This document shows, piece after piece, positions 54,205-64,000 of a stretch of 64,000 nucleotides of DNA; the stretch's first letter is position 1; each line of letters opens with the position of its first letter. Position numbers and translations under genes: made by a program. The DNA is from Allosphingosinicella sp. Lineage in GTDB: Bacteria; Pseudomonadota; Alphaproteobacteria; Sphingomonadales; Sphingomonadaceae. Under the pieces are notes generated by a model. It was given only the letters and a program-made list of their open reading frames with translations, searched no databases and had not been told where the DNA came from. The stretch covers positions 16,706-80,705 of the forward strand of contig DASVSX010000002.1 of NCBI GenBank assembly GCA_036387875.1. Reading direction: 5' to 3'.

Positions 54205-54420
54205 CTAATCCTTCAGGTCAGGCTCCAGCAATCTGTGCAAATGGACGACGACATATTTCATCTCGGCGTCGTCGACCGTCCGCTGGGCGTTGCCGCGCCA
54301 GGCGTCGAGGGCGCTTGAATAATCGGGAAAGAGACCGACGACTTCGACCGTTTCGAGGTCGAAATCGAGGCCCTGCGGATCCTTGACGCGGCCGCCGAAG
54401 ACGAGGTGGAGCTTGCTCAT
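54205..54420 (-). CDS. DUF4170-like small protein
   Basis: LHLVFGGRVKDP...VGLFPDY...VVHLHRLL. Confidence 0.8.
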   Translation of the reverse strand: MSKLHLVFGGRVKDPQGLDFDLETVEVVGLFPDYSSALDAWRGNAQRTVDDAEMKYVVVHLHRLLEPDLKD

Positions 54421-54475
54421 GAGCGGGGGGAGAGGCTGCGTCCCGGAAAGCTCGAGCTTCCCGGGACGCCGGGCC

Positions 54476-54988
54476 TCAGGCCTCGTCCGTCCGCCCGGCG
54501 GCGTCCGCGGCGGCCCCGGCGGAAGACTTGACGGCGCCGACCGCCTTGCCGGTAAACTCGTCGAGCTTGCTCCTGAGGCCGTCGCGGCTCAATCCGAGCT
54601 CGTCGAGCTGGCCCCGACCCGCTTCCTTCGCCGCATTCGCCGCCTGGCGGGCGCTGTCGTTGATCTTGCGTCCGACCGGTCCGAGCAATTCCTCCTCGCG
54701 CTCGGTGCGCGGAAGCAAAGCGGCGACGATCGCTCCGATGGCGAGTCCGCCGACGACCGCCGCGACCGGGTTGGAGTCGATGCTCTGGCTGGTCTTGCGG
54801 CCGGCCGTCTCATAGGCGCTTCCGGCCCGCTCCCGGGCGGTCGCATAAGCCGCGGCGGTCCGCTCGCGGGCGGATTCGAAGGCCTGGCGGGCCGCGGCCG
54901 AGCGGCCGCCCTCCTCCTTGCCGTTGGCGCCCGCGCCGCTGTTGGTGGCGGAGGCCGAAGCCGGCCGGTCGTCGGTGGTAGTCGTCAT
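54476..54988 (-). CDS. Hypothetical membrane-anchored stress-type protein
   Basis: NPVAAVVGGLAIGAIVAALLP; part of a coupled four-gene operon. Confidence 0.7.
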   Translation of the reverse strand: MTTTTDDRPASASATNSGAGANGKEEGGRSAAARQAFESARERTAAAYATARERAGSAYETAGRKTSQSIDSNPVAAVVGGLAIGAIVAALLPRTEREEELLGPVGRKINDSARQAANAAKEAGRGQLDELGLSRDGLRSKLDEFTGKAVGAVKSSAGAAADAAGRTDEA

Positions 54989-55368
54989 GCAATCGCTCCT
55001 TCACTGGTCCTGACTCCGATCGGGGCCGTCAGGTCGTAATTCTCGTCACTTTCGGTCACTTGGACGGTAACCAGATCCTCGTCTTCGTCGCGGCTCGTGA
55101 AGAGCCACGACACGGCCGACCGGATCGGTGCCCGAGCGAGGAAAAGCGTGAACGCCGTCAGAGCCGCAGCGACCGGTACCGGCCGCGCCTTCACGGCTTC
55201 GACGGCGTCGTCGGCGATCTCGCCGCTCCTGTCCTTGACTCCGGCCCAGGCATTGGAGGCGATCGTTCCGGGCTTCAGCCTCTGCTGAAGCTCGGCGGCG
55301 GTCGCCGCGAGTCGCCGGCGGGCAAGCTCGGCCTCCTGCTTGGCCAGCATCAGCTCCCTTGCGCTCAT
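54985..55368 (-). CDS. DUF3618-like protein
   Basis: ARRRLAATAAELQQRLKP; ATGA couplings on both sides. Confidence 0.65.
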   Translation of the reverse strand: MSARELMLAKQEAELARRRLAATAAELQQRLKPGTIASNAWAGVKDRSGEIADDAVEAVKARPVPVAAALTAFTLFLARAPIRSAVSWLFTSRDEDEDLVTVQVTESDENYDLTAPIGVRTSEGAIA

Positions 55369-55751
55369 GGCCTTTTCTCCCCGGCCTTGAGCGCCGCCTG
55401 TTCCTCCGGATCGCCGCCGAGCGCGCTCAGCTTCGAAGCGCCGTAGCGAACCAGGAGGAAGGCGATCCCGAGCACGACGACGGTCACGATCAAGGCGCCC
55501 AGCGCGGGCGAGCCGAGGTGATCGGCGAGTTCGAAAGCCAGCCCGATGAGCAGGACGCTGAGGGCGGCGTTGGCGATGAGGGCCGCGACGACGAGCGCGA
55601 TCGCGCCGTTGCGGGCGCGGCCGATCCGGCGGCGGGCGATGGCCTGGTAGAGCTTCGCTTCCGCCGCCGCATAGCTGCGCGCGTCGTCCGACAATTGCCC
55701 GAACAGCTCGCCGATCGAGCGTTCCTGGGTCTCCGAGGGAGAGTCCAACAT
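55365..55751 (-). CDS. Two-TM YqjE/'phage holin'-like membrane protein
   Basis: ERSIGELFGQL...AE..L pattern plus two TMs. Confidence 0.7.
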   Translation of the reverse strand: MLDSPSETQERSIGELFGQLSDDARSYAAAEAKLYQAIARRRIGRARNGAIALVVAALIANAALSVLLIGLAFELADHLGSPALGALIVTVVVLGIAFLLVRYGASKLSALGGDPEEQAALKAGEKRP

Positions 55752-56426
55752 CTAGGCTCCAGTGCCGCCGCCAGTGCCCTCATTTCCGCCCGGAGCTCCG
55801 GCCTTGACCAGCCGGACGAGGGTGAAGCCGACCACGGCGGCGATTCCGATGGCCAGGCCGGGGCTCTTGCGGACGGCCGCGCGGACGTTGTCGTAAAGCT
55901 CGTCGACGTCCTTGCCGCGAAGGCTGTCGGCGAAGCCCGAGACTCCGTCGGCGGCCTTGCGGGCATATTCGCCGTAATTGTTGCCGAGCCGCTCGTCGAT
56001 CGAGTCGGCGGTGTCGGCGACGACCCTGGAAAGCTCCTCGAGCATGTCGGTCGCGCGGGTCTTGCCGGTATCGGCGAACTCGCGGACCTTGCCTCCGGCC
56101 TGGTCGCGAAGATTGTAGATCTGGCCCTTGACCTGATCGGTGACGTTGCCGCCGCCGCTGGCGGAGCCGCCGGCCGTCATGTCGCCGCCGCCGCCGCCGC
56201 CGGTGGCTCCGCCGCTGCCCTTGGTTCCGCCGCCCGTATCGTCAGTTGCCGTCATTTGGGTTCCTCCTCCAGTGGCGGCGGTGCCGCCAGTCCCGTCGCC
56301 GCCCGACGCGCCGATGAAGCCTGAGCTCGCTCCGCCGCCGTCGGCAAGGTCGCCGCCGCCGGTTTCCATTGCGCCGTCGATGATCTGATCCGTGCCTTCG
56401 GGGAGCTCGTCGTCGCGAGGAGGCAT
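55752..56426 (-). CDS. Hypothetical Gly-rich protein with C-terminal membrane anchor
   Basis: VRKSPGLAIGIAAVVGFTLVRLVK; first gene of the operon. Confidence 0.7.
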   Translation of the reverse strand: MPPRDDELPEGTDQIIDGAMETGGGDLADGGGASSGFIGASGGDGTGGTAATGGGTQMTATDDTGGGTKGSGGATGGGGGGDMTAGGSASGGGNVTDQVKGQIYNLRDQAGGKVREFADTGKTRATDMLEELSRVVADTADSIDERLGNNYGEYARKAADGVSGFADSLRGKDVDELYDNVRAAVRKSPGLAIGIAAVVGFTLVRLVKAGAPGGNEGTGGGTGA

Positions 56427-56428
56427 AG

Positions 56429-57850
<1,422 letters not shown>

Positions 57851-57929
57851 GCTCGTTCCGCCCACAAAATTCGCCTGTCGGCGCAAAAGGCTTGATTCCA
57901 TGGCGTTTTGCTGATTCTGTTGCCAAGCG

Positions 57930-58244
57930 ATGACTCAGGTGGGGCGGAACACTTTCGAGACGATCAAGCGGGCGGCCCTTCCGGCGCTCGCGATCCTCAT
58001 CATCGCCAATTTCCTCGGCTACGCCATCATGGGCGCCAACGGCATTTTGAGCTGGGGCGACTATCGCCGCCAGAAGGCCGAGCGGATCGTCCAGCTCGCC
58101 GAATTGAACTCGGAAAAGACCCGGCTCGCCCATCGCTCCGCCCTTCTCGATCCGCGCGGGGCCGACCCCGACATGGTCGAGGAGACGGTCAAGCGGGAGC
58201 TTGGCGTCGTACGCCCCGACGAAGTGGTGATTCCGCTCGATTAG
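57930..58244 (+). CDS. ftsB: Septum formation initiator (FtsB/DivIC family)
   Basis: TM, coiled coil, RELGVVRPDE; follows eno. Confidence 0.8.
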   Translation: MTQVGRNTFETIKRAALPALAILIIANFLGYAIMGANGILSWGDYRRQKAERIVQLAELNSEKTRLAHRSALLDPRGADPDMVEETVKRELGVVRPDEVVIPLD

Positions 58245-58266
58245 AGCGAGCGCGGGGCGCTGGTCC

Positions 58267-58348
58267 CGTCATCCCGGCGAAAGCCTGGACCTCAGCACAA
58301 GAAGTCTCGGCGGGGCTCCCCGAGGTCCCGGCTTTCGCCGGGATGACG
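58267..58348. repeat. CGTC-tagged REP doublet with conserved spacer (inverted relative to 54096)
   Basis: Spacer reverse complement CCTCGGGGAGCCCCGCCGAGACTTCT matches the 25577 and 54096 copies. Confidence 0.88.
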
Positions 58349-58432
58349 GGGACCATCCCGACGTCCGGCACGAGTTGCGCGCACCCGCGTTTGCCGCCAT
58401 AGAGCCGCCCTCGAACAGCAGCAGGATCCACA

Positions 58433-59500
58433 GTGGCCAAGGCAGCATCGTCCAAGCGCGCCGACCAGGAGGCTCCCTCCACCCCGCCCGCAACGCCCAA
58501 CCGGGAACGTCCGCCCGAGCCGAACCGCCACGAGGCGGGCCGCGAAGAGCTGCTCGAATATTACCGCCAGATGCTCCTCATCCGCCGCTTCGAGGAGCGC
58601 GCCGGCCAGCTTTACGGCCTCGGCCTGATCGGCGGCTTCTGCCACCTCTATATCGGCCAGGAAGCGGTCGCCGTCGGACTGCAGTCGGCGCTGGAGCCGG
58701 GCCGCGACAGCGTCATCACCGGCTATCGCGACCACGGCCACATGCTCGCCTACGGGATCGATCCGCGGGTGATCATGGCCGAGCTCACCGGCCGGGCCGC
58801 CGGCATCTCCAAGGGCAAGGGCGGCTCGATGCACATGTTCAGCGTCGAGCACAAATTCTACGGCGGCCACGGAATCGTCGGAGCCCAGGTCAGCCTCGGA
58901 ACCGGCCTCGGCTTCGCTCATAAGTACCGAGACGACGGCGGAGTCTGCCTCGCCTATTTCGGGGACGGCGCCGCCAACCAGGGCCAGGTCTACGAGAGCT
59001 TCAACATGGCCGAGCTGTGGAAGCTTCCGATCATCTACGTGATCGAAAACAACCAATACGCCATGGGCACCAGCGTCAACCGCTCCTCGGCCGAGGACCA
59101 GCTCTACCGCCGCGGCGAAAGCTTTCGGATCCCCGGCCTCCAGATCGACGGAATGGACGTTCTCGCGGTCCGCGGCGCCGCGACGACGGCGCTCGAATGG
59201 GTCCGCGCCGGCAAGGGGCCGATCCTGCTTGAGCTGAAGACCTATCGCTACCGCGGTCATTCCATGTCGGACCCGGCCAAATACCGCTCGCGCGACGAGG
59301 TGCAGGCGGTTCGCGAAAAATCCGATCCGATCGACGCGGTCAAGCGCGAGCTCGCCGCCGCCGGGGTCGGCGAGGACGAGCTCAAGAAGATCGACAACGA
59401 CATCAAGCGGATCGTCACCGAGGCCGCCGACTTCGCGGAGCAGTCGCCCCAGCCCGATCCGTCCGAGCTCTACACCGATATCCTGGTGGAGCAATATTGA
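58433..59500 (+). CDS. pdhA: Pyruvate dehydrogenase E1 alpha
   Basis: GGFCHLYIGQEA, GDGAANQGQ, YRYRGHSMSDP. Confidence 0.96.
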   Translation: MAKAASSKRADQEAPSTPPATPNRERPPEPNRHEAGREELLEYYRQMLLIRRFEERAGQLYGLGLIGGFCHLYIGQEAVAVGLQSALEPGRDSVITGYRDHGHMLAYGIDPRVIMAELTGRAAGISKGKGGSMHMFSVEHKFYGGHGIVGAQVSLGTGLGFAHKYRDDGGVCLAYFGDGAANQGQVYESFNMAELWKLPIIYVIENNQYAMGTSVNRSSAEDQLYRRGESFRIPGLQIDGMDVLAVRGAATTALEWVRAGKGPILLELKTYRYRGHSMSDPAKYRSRDEVQAVREKSDPIDAVKRELAAAGVGEDELKKIDNDIKRIVTEAADFAEQSPQPDPSELYTDILVEQY

Positions 59501-59991
59501 TGCGCCGCCGCATCGGCTGGCTGAGCGCTGTGATGACCCTGGTCGCGCCAGCTTCCGCGCTCGCTGCACCTACCCCCGCGGGCTCCTTCTCCGGCTGTGG
59601 CGCCGAGACCCTGGATGCGGCGGTGCAGTGCCTGCGGACCGGACTTTCCGAAGACGACCGCAAGGCTTTGGCCTCGGGCGCAAACACTAGTTCGACGCGC
59701 GGGCGAATGGACGCTCTCGTGCGCAGGGAGATTCTCTCCGAAGGCACGAACTCGCCTTTGACCCGGTGGCTTGCCGCGCAAGGCATAACTCACCCGATGC
59801 TTCAGTCCGCGGTTCTCATAGATAGCTACCTTGCATCCGAACGGGGTCGCACTCTGGACCTGCGCGCCGTCGCGCGCCTGAACGCAACGATGCCGCCCGC
59901 TCCGCCTCTTTATAAGCTTGAACGGATGCTTGGACTTCCGACTCCGCCAACCCCTCAAGCACCACCTGTCGGGAGTTCCGATGCCGATTGA
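59500..59991 (+). CDS. Hypothetical secreted protein inserted between pdhA and pdhB
   Basis: Signal peptide, Cys pair, overlaps both neighbours. Confidence 0.55.
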   Translation: MRRRIGWLSAVMTLVAPASALAAPTPAGSFSGCGAETLDAAVQCLRTGLSEDDRKALASGANTSSTRGRMDALVRREILSEGTNSPLTRWLAAQGITHPMLQSAVLIDSYLASERGRTLDLRAVARLNATMPPAPPLYKLERMLGLPTPPTPQAPPVGSSDAD

Positions 59992-61384
59992 ACTCAAGAT
60001 GCCCGCCCTCAGCCCGACCATGGAGGAGGGCACGCTCGCCAAATGGCTGGTCAAGGAAGGCGACGAGGTGAAGTCCGGCGACATCCTCGCCGAGATCGAG
60101 ACCGACAAGGCGACCATGGAGTTCGAGGCGGTCGACGAAGGCACGATCGCGAGGATTCTGGTCGCTGAGGGCACGGACGAGGTGAAGGTGGGAACGGTCA
60201 TCGCCGTGCTCGCCGCCGACGGCGAGGAGGCGGGCGCGGGCGCCGCGCACGAAGTCGCCGCGCCCGAGGATAACGGCCGGGCCATCGCCGCCTCGCCGGC
60301 GGAGGAGGCTCAGGCGCAGCAGGCCACCGTCGACGCCCGGCCCAAGGAAGGGCAGGAGCCCGCCAGCCTGCAGGTCCAGCCCGAGGTTCCGGAGGGCACG
60401 GAGACCGTCCGAACGACCGTCCGCGAAGCGCTTCGCGACGCGATGGCGGAGGAGATGCGCTCCGACGACCGGATCTTCGTGATGGGCGAGGAGGTTGCCG
60501 AATATCAGGGCGCCTACAAGGTGACTCAGGGCCTGCTCGACGAGTTCGGGCCGAAAAGGGTCATCGACACTCCGATCACCGAATATGGCTTCGCGGGAGT
60601 CGGCGCCGGCGCCGCGATGGGCGGGCTGAAGCCGATCATCGAGTTCATGACTTTCAACTTCGCGATGCAGGCCATCGACCACATCATCAATTCGGCGGCG
60701 AAGACCAATTACATGTCGGGCGGGCAGATGCGCTGCCCGATCGTCTTCAGGGGTCCCAACGGCGCCGCCTCGCGGGTCGGCGCCCAGCACAGCCAGAATT
60801 TCGGGCCTTGGTACGCCAACGTCCCCGGCCTGATCGTCATCGCCCCTTATTCGGCGGCCGACGCCAAGGGGCTCCTCAAGGCCGCGATCCGCTCCGAGGA
60901 TCCGGTCGTCTTCCTCGAGAACGAATTGCTCTACGGCCAGAGCTTCGACGTTCCGAAGCTCGACGATTATGTGCTCCCGATCGGCAAGGCCCGGATCGCC
61001 CGCGAGGGCCGTGACGTCACTTTGGTCAGCTACTCGATCGGGGTCGGAGTCGCGCTCGACGCGGCGGCGCAGCTCGCGGAAGCTGGAATCGAGGCCGAGG
61101 TGATCGACCTTCGGACCCTCCGCCCGCTCGACAAGGCGACGGTCCTCGCCTCGCTCGCCAAGACCAATCGGATGGTCTGCGTGGAGGAAGGCTGGCCGGT
61201 CTGCTCGATCTCCGCCGAGATCATGGCGACCGCGATGGAGGACGGTTTCGACGACCTCGACGCGCCTGTGCTCCGGGTCACCGACGAGGACGTGCCTCTG
61301 CCTTACGCGGCCAATCTCGAGAAGATGGCCCTGATCCGGGTCGAGAGCGTCGTCGAGGCGGCGAAGAAGGTCTGCTACCGGTGA
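59981..61384 (+). CDS. pdhB: Pyruvate dehydrogenase E1 beta with N-terminal lipoyl domain
   Basis: [30 protein letters not shown]. Confidence 0.96.
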   Translation: MPIELKMPALSPTMEEGTLAKWLVKEGDEVKSGDILAEIETDKATMEFEAVDEGTIARILVAEGTDEVKVGTVIAVLAADGEEAGAGAAHEVAAPEDNGRAIAASPAEEAQAQQATVDARPKEGQEPASLQVQPEVPEGTETVRTTVREALRDAMAEEMRSDDRIFVMGEEVAEYQGAYKVTQGLLDEFGPKRVIDTPITEYGFAGVGAGAAMGGLKPIIEFMTFNFAMQAIDHIINSAAKTNYMSGGQMRCPIVFRGPNGAASRVGAQHSQNFGPWYANVPGLIVIAPYSAADAKGLLKAAIRSEDPVVFLENELLYGQSFDVPKLDDYVLPIGKARIAREGRDVTLVSYSIGVGVALDAAAQLAEAGIEAEVIDLRTLRPLDKATVLASLAKTNRMVCVEEGWPVCSISAEIMATAMEDGFDDLDAPVLRVTDEDVPLPYAANLEKMALIRVESVVEAAKKVCYR

Positions 61385-61389
61385 TTCGC

Positions 61390-61475
61390 CGTCATCCCGG
61401 CGAAAGCCGGGACCTTGGCGGGTGAAAAGCTCGGCGCCCGGTTTCCCGGAGGTCCCGGCTTTCGCCGGGATGACG
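61390..61475. repeat. CGTC-tagged REP doublet
   Basis: Perfect inverted CGTCATCCCGGCGAAAGCCGGGACCT / AGGTCCCGGCTTTCGCCGGGATGACG. Confidence 0.9.
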
Positions 61476-61479
61476 TAAG

Positions 61480-62133
61480 ATGGATCTGGACCCGGACCGA
61501 ACCCTCGCCTTGACCTACGTGCCGGTCAAGCGCCGAGCCGCCGTCGGCGCTCTGTGGCGTCTAGACTCCGCGTTGGGCGCCGCGCTTGCCGGAGGCCGCG
61601 AACCGATGATCTCGCGAATCAAGCTGGCCTGGTGGCGCGAGGCGCTGGAAAGGCTGGATCGTGAGCCGGCCCCGGCCGAGCCGGTGCTCCAGGAGCTGCA
61701 GGACCATGTCCTCCCAGCGTCGGTCGAAGGAGCCGAGCTGGCGCAAATGGAGGAGGGGTGGGCGATCCTCGCCGGTTCCGGGACTCTCGGCCCGGACTCG
61801 CTGACCGCCTATGCGCAGGCCCGAGGAGCCGGTCTGTTCCGATATACCGCACGGCTGCTGGGCGACTCCGAGACCGAGGTCGGCGCGGCCGGCGAAGCCT
61901 GGGCCCTCGTCGACCTGGCCCGCCACTGCGCGACCGGGGCCGATTCGGACGTCGCCCTCGCTGCGGCTCGGGAGCGGGTCCTGCCGCCCCGCTGGCCTCC
62001 CCGGCTCCGGCCGCTCGGAATGCTTGCAATCCTCGCCGCCCGCGATCTGGAGCCGGCCCGCCCACCCTGGGAAGCGCGCGGAGCTCCGGCTCGGATGTGG
62101 CGGATGCTCCGGCATAGAATTTCCGGATACTAG
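61480..62133 (+). CDS. Squalene/phytoene synthase-like (NDUFAF6-type) protein
   Basis: DPDR.LAL, REPMISRIKLAWWREAL. Confidence 0.75.
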   Translation: MDLDPDRTLALTYVPVKRRAAVGALWRLDSALGAALAGGREPMISRIKLAWWREALERLDREPAPAEPVLQELQDHVLPASVEGAELAQMEEGWAILAGSGTLGPDSLTAYAQARGAGLFRYTARLLGDSETEVGAAGEAWALVDLARHCATGADSDVALAAARERVLPPRWPPRLRPLGMLAILAARDLEPARPPWEARGAPARMWRMLRHRISGY

Positions 62134-62214
62134 GTCTTTTCCGCAGAAAACTATCGACTCTTGCAGCTGTTTACGGTGACTTTCCACCCTTTCCGTTCTT
62201 GAGGGAGGAGAGAC

Positions 62215-62655
62215 ATGGTCCGCTACATCGTTGGAGGCGCTTCGGCGCTGCTTCTGATCGCCGCTTTGTTCTTCATCTGGAAAAGCGGTGCCGAAGCCGA
62301 GGACGTGGTTCCCCCGTCACCGCCCCGAGTCGCTGGCGCTTATCGGGCCGGTGCCGGCCCGAGGCTCGCCGAGCCTCCCGCCCAATCCGAATCCAGCCGC
62401 GAGGCGAAGCGCTTCGCCCGGGCCGACCGCGACCGCGACGGACGGATCACCCTGGCCGAGCAGCTTCAGCCCCGCCGCAAGGCGTTCGCCAAGGCCGACC
62501 GCGACTCGAACGGAAGCCTCAACTTCGAGGAATGGACGGCGGCCTCCGCCGCCAAGTTCGCCAAGGCCGACAAGGATAGGTCCGGGTGGCTGGACTCGGC
62601 GGAATATGAGGCCTCGAGGCCGAAGCCCAAGGCCAAGCCGCGGTGCAAGTGCTGA
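62215..62655 (+). CDS. EF-hand protein with N-terminal membrane anchor
   Basis: Three loops DRDRDGRITLAE, DRDSNGSLNFEE, DKDRSGWLDSAE. Confidence 0.88.
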   Translation: MVRYIVGGASALLLIAALFFIWKSGAEAEDVVPPSPPRVAGAYRAGAGPRLAEPPAQSESSREAKRFARADRDRDGRITLAEQLQPRRKAFAKADRDSNGSLNFEEWTAASAAKFAKADKDRSGWLDSAEYEASRPKPKAKPRCKC

Positions 62656-62676
62656 GGAAGCGATGACAGGCTCCCT

Positions 62677-62731
62677 GCCTCCCCGCGGCGAAGCCGTGGG
62701 GAGGGGGACCATGCGCAGCATGGTGGAGGGG
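62677..62731. repeat. Family B left half-unit
   Basis: CCTCCCC..GGGGAGGGGGACCATGCGCAGCATGGTGGAGGGG. Confidence 0.85.
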
Positions 62732-62737
62732 TATTTG

Positions 62738-63101
62738 GTGCGGGCCGATAATTGGAATGACAGAAACGCCGCGGTGCTTCGCGCGCGAGCGCTCAGACGA
62801 GCACCGACCCCACCTGAATTCCGCTTATGGCTATTCCTTCGGCAGCGGCCTGCCGGGCTGAAGTTCCGAAAGCAGCATCCGCTCGGGCCATACACGCTCG
62901 ATTTCTACTGCCCCGTCGCTAAGCTGGTCGTTGAAGTCGATGGCGACAGTCACGGAATGGGAGATAATCCGGATCGGGACCGGCGTCGCGATACATGGCT
63001 GCAGGAACGAGGACTGCGAGTGCTTCGGTTCGACGCCGCAGACGTGATGCGAGACTGTCGAATCGGTGGTGACCGCGATCCTTCTCGCGGCCCGTCGCTA
63101 G
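62738..63101 (+). pseudogene. DUF559 family endonuclease with apparent +1 frameshift near the C-terminus
   Basis: ARALRR..TPPEFRLW, KFRKQHPLGPYTLDFYC..KLVVEVDGDSH..RD.RRD; expected end VESVVTAILLAARR* lies in the next frame after position 63056. Confidence 0.8.
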
Positions 63102-64000
63102 CTACCCCTCCACCAGGCTTCGCCTGGTCCCCCTCCCCATCTCTTCGCGATGGGGAGGCAAATCGGCAATCCACGCCTCCAGCTTCGTTTTGGCGCGATC
63201 GGTATAAGCTCGCTTCCTGTCCGCTTTCCGGGTCTTCGCGTCCACCGGAGGGAACAGCCCGAAATTGACGTTCATCGGCTGGTAGCTCGCCGAATCGGCG
63301 CCCCCCGTGATGTGGCCGAGCAATGCCCCCAAAGCGGTCTCCGGCGGGGGAGGGGCGAGGATGTCGCCGTTCAGCTCGGCCGCGGCGAAGCGGCCCGCGA
63401 GGAGGCCGATCGCGGCGGATTCGACATAGCCTTCGCAGCCGGTGATCTGGCCGGCGAAGCGGATGTTCGGCGCCGATCTCAGCCGGAGCGTTTCGTCGAG
63501 AAGCTTCGGCGAGTTGATGAAAGTGTTGCGGTGAAGCCCGCCCAGTCGGGCGAACTCGGCATTCTCCAGCCCGGGAATGGTGCGGAACAGGCGGACCTGC
63601 TCGCCATGCTTGAGCTTGGTCTGGAAGCCGACCATGTTCCACAAGGTGCCGAGCGCATTGTCCTGCCGGAGCTGGACGACGGCCCATGGCCAGTGGCCCG
63701 TCTTCGGTTCGTCCAGCCCGACCGGCTTCATCGGCCCGAAGCGCAACGTGTCCACGCCGCGCTGCGCCATCACCTCGATCGGCATGCAGCCCTCGAAATA
63801 GGGCGTGTCCGTCTCCCATTCCTTGAACTCGGTCTTCTCGCCGTCGATCAGGCCTTGATGAAAAGCGAGATATTGCGCCTTGGTCATGGGGCAGTTGATG
63901 TAATCCTTGCCGCCCTTGTCCCACCGCGCCGCCATCCAGGCGACGTCCATGTCGATCGAATCCCTGTGGACGATGGGAGCGATGGCGTCGAAGAAGGCGA
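63102..64000 (-). CDS. trmFO: tRNA (uracil-5)-methyltransferase TrmFO, 5' end beyond window
   Basis: [47 protein letters not shown]. Confidence 0.95.
   Translation of the reverse strand, partial: AFFDAIAPIVHRDSIDMDVAWMAARWDKGGKDYINCPMTKAQYLAFHQGLIDGEKTEFKEWETDTPYFEGCMPIEVMAQRGVDTLRFGPMKPVGLDEPKTGHWPWAVVQLRQDNALGTLWNMVGFQTKLKHGEQVRLFRTIPGLENAEFARLGGLHRNTFINSPKLLDETLRLRSAPNIRFAGQITGCEGYVESAAIGLLAGRFAAAELNGDILAPPPPETALGALLGHITGGADSASYQPMNVNFGLFPPVDAKTRKADRKRAYTDRAKTKLEAWIADLPPHREEMGRGTRRSLVEG
63105..63160. repeat. Family B right half-unit (inside the trmFO 3' end)
   Basis: CCCCTCCACCAGGCTTCGCCTGGTCCCCCTCCCC..GGGGAGGC. Confidence 0.85.

Noticed and set aside
55365..55751. Holin as evidence of a prophage
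   Set aside because: No phage genes nearby; context is a stress-promoter operon
62288..62737. 326 aa ORF as an extended DUF559 protein
   Set aside because: Upstream part overlaps the EF-hand gene and the repeat; nuclease homology begins near 62738

Overview
GC-rich alphaproteobacterial chromosome segment, most likely Sphingomonadaceae by gene content. 1-17.6 kb: exosortase A (XrtA/PEP-CTERM) associated exopolysaccharide locus. The rest is core genes (truA, fmt, recR, soxR, MoxR/vWA, rpoD, dnaG, carAB, greA, eno, pdhAB, trmFO) with several single-gene insertions, a small AT-richer island below rpoD (PD-(D/E)xK nuclease plus NDT/TIR-like protein) and a FecR / beta-barrel / CHASE2-EAL operon. 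The most striking unexplained structure is a dense set of palindromic REP-like elements from at least five families. Two DUF559 (Vsr-like) endonuclease genes are each bracketed by their own palindrome family, and gene-less copies of the same palindromes occur elsewhere in the window, resembling a RAYT/REPIN-like system built on a different enzyme. Several repeats sit in frame inside protein-coding genes. All family assignments come from motif recognition by eye, not database searches; start codons are best estimates.
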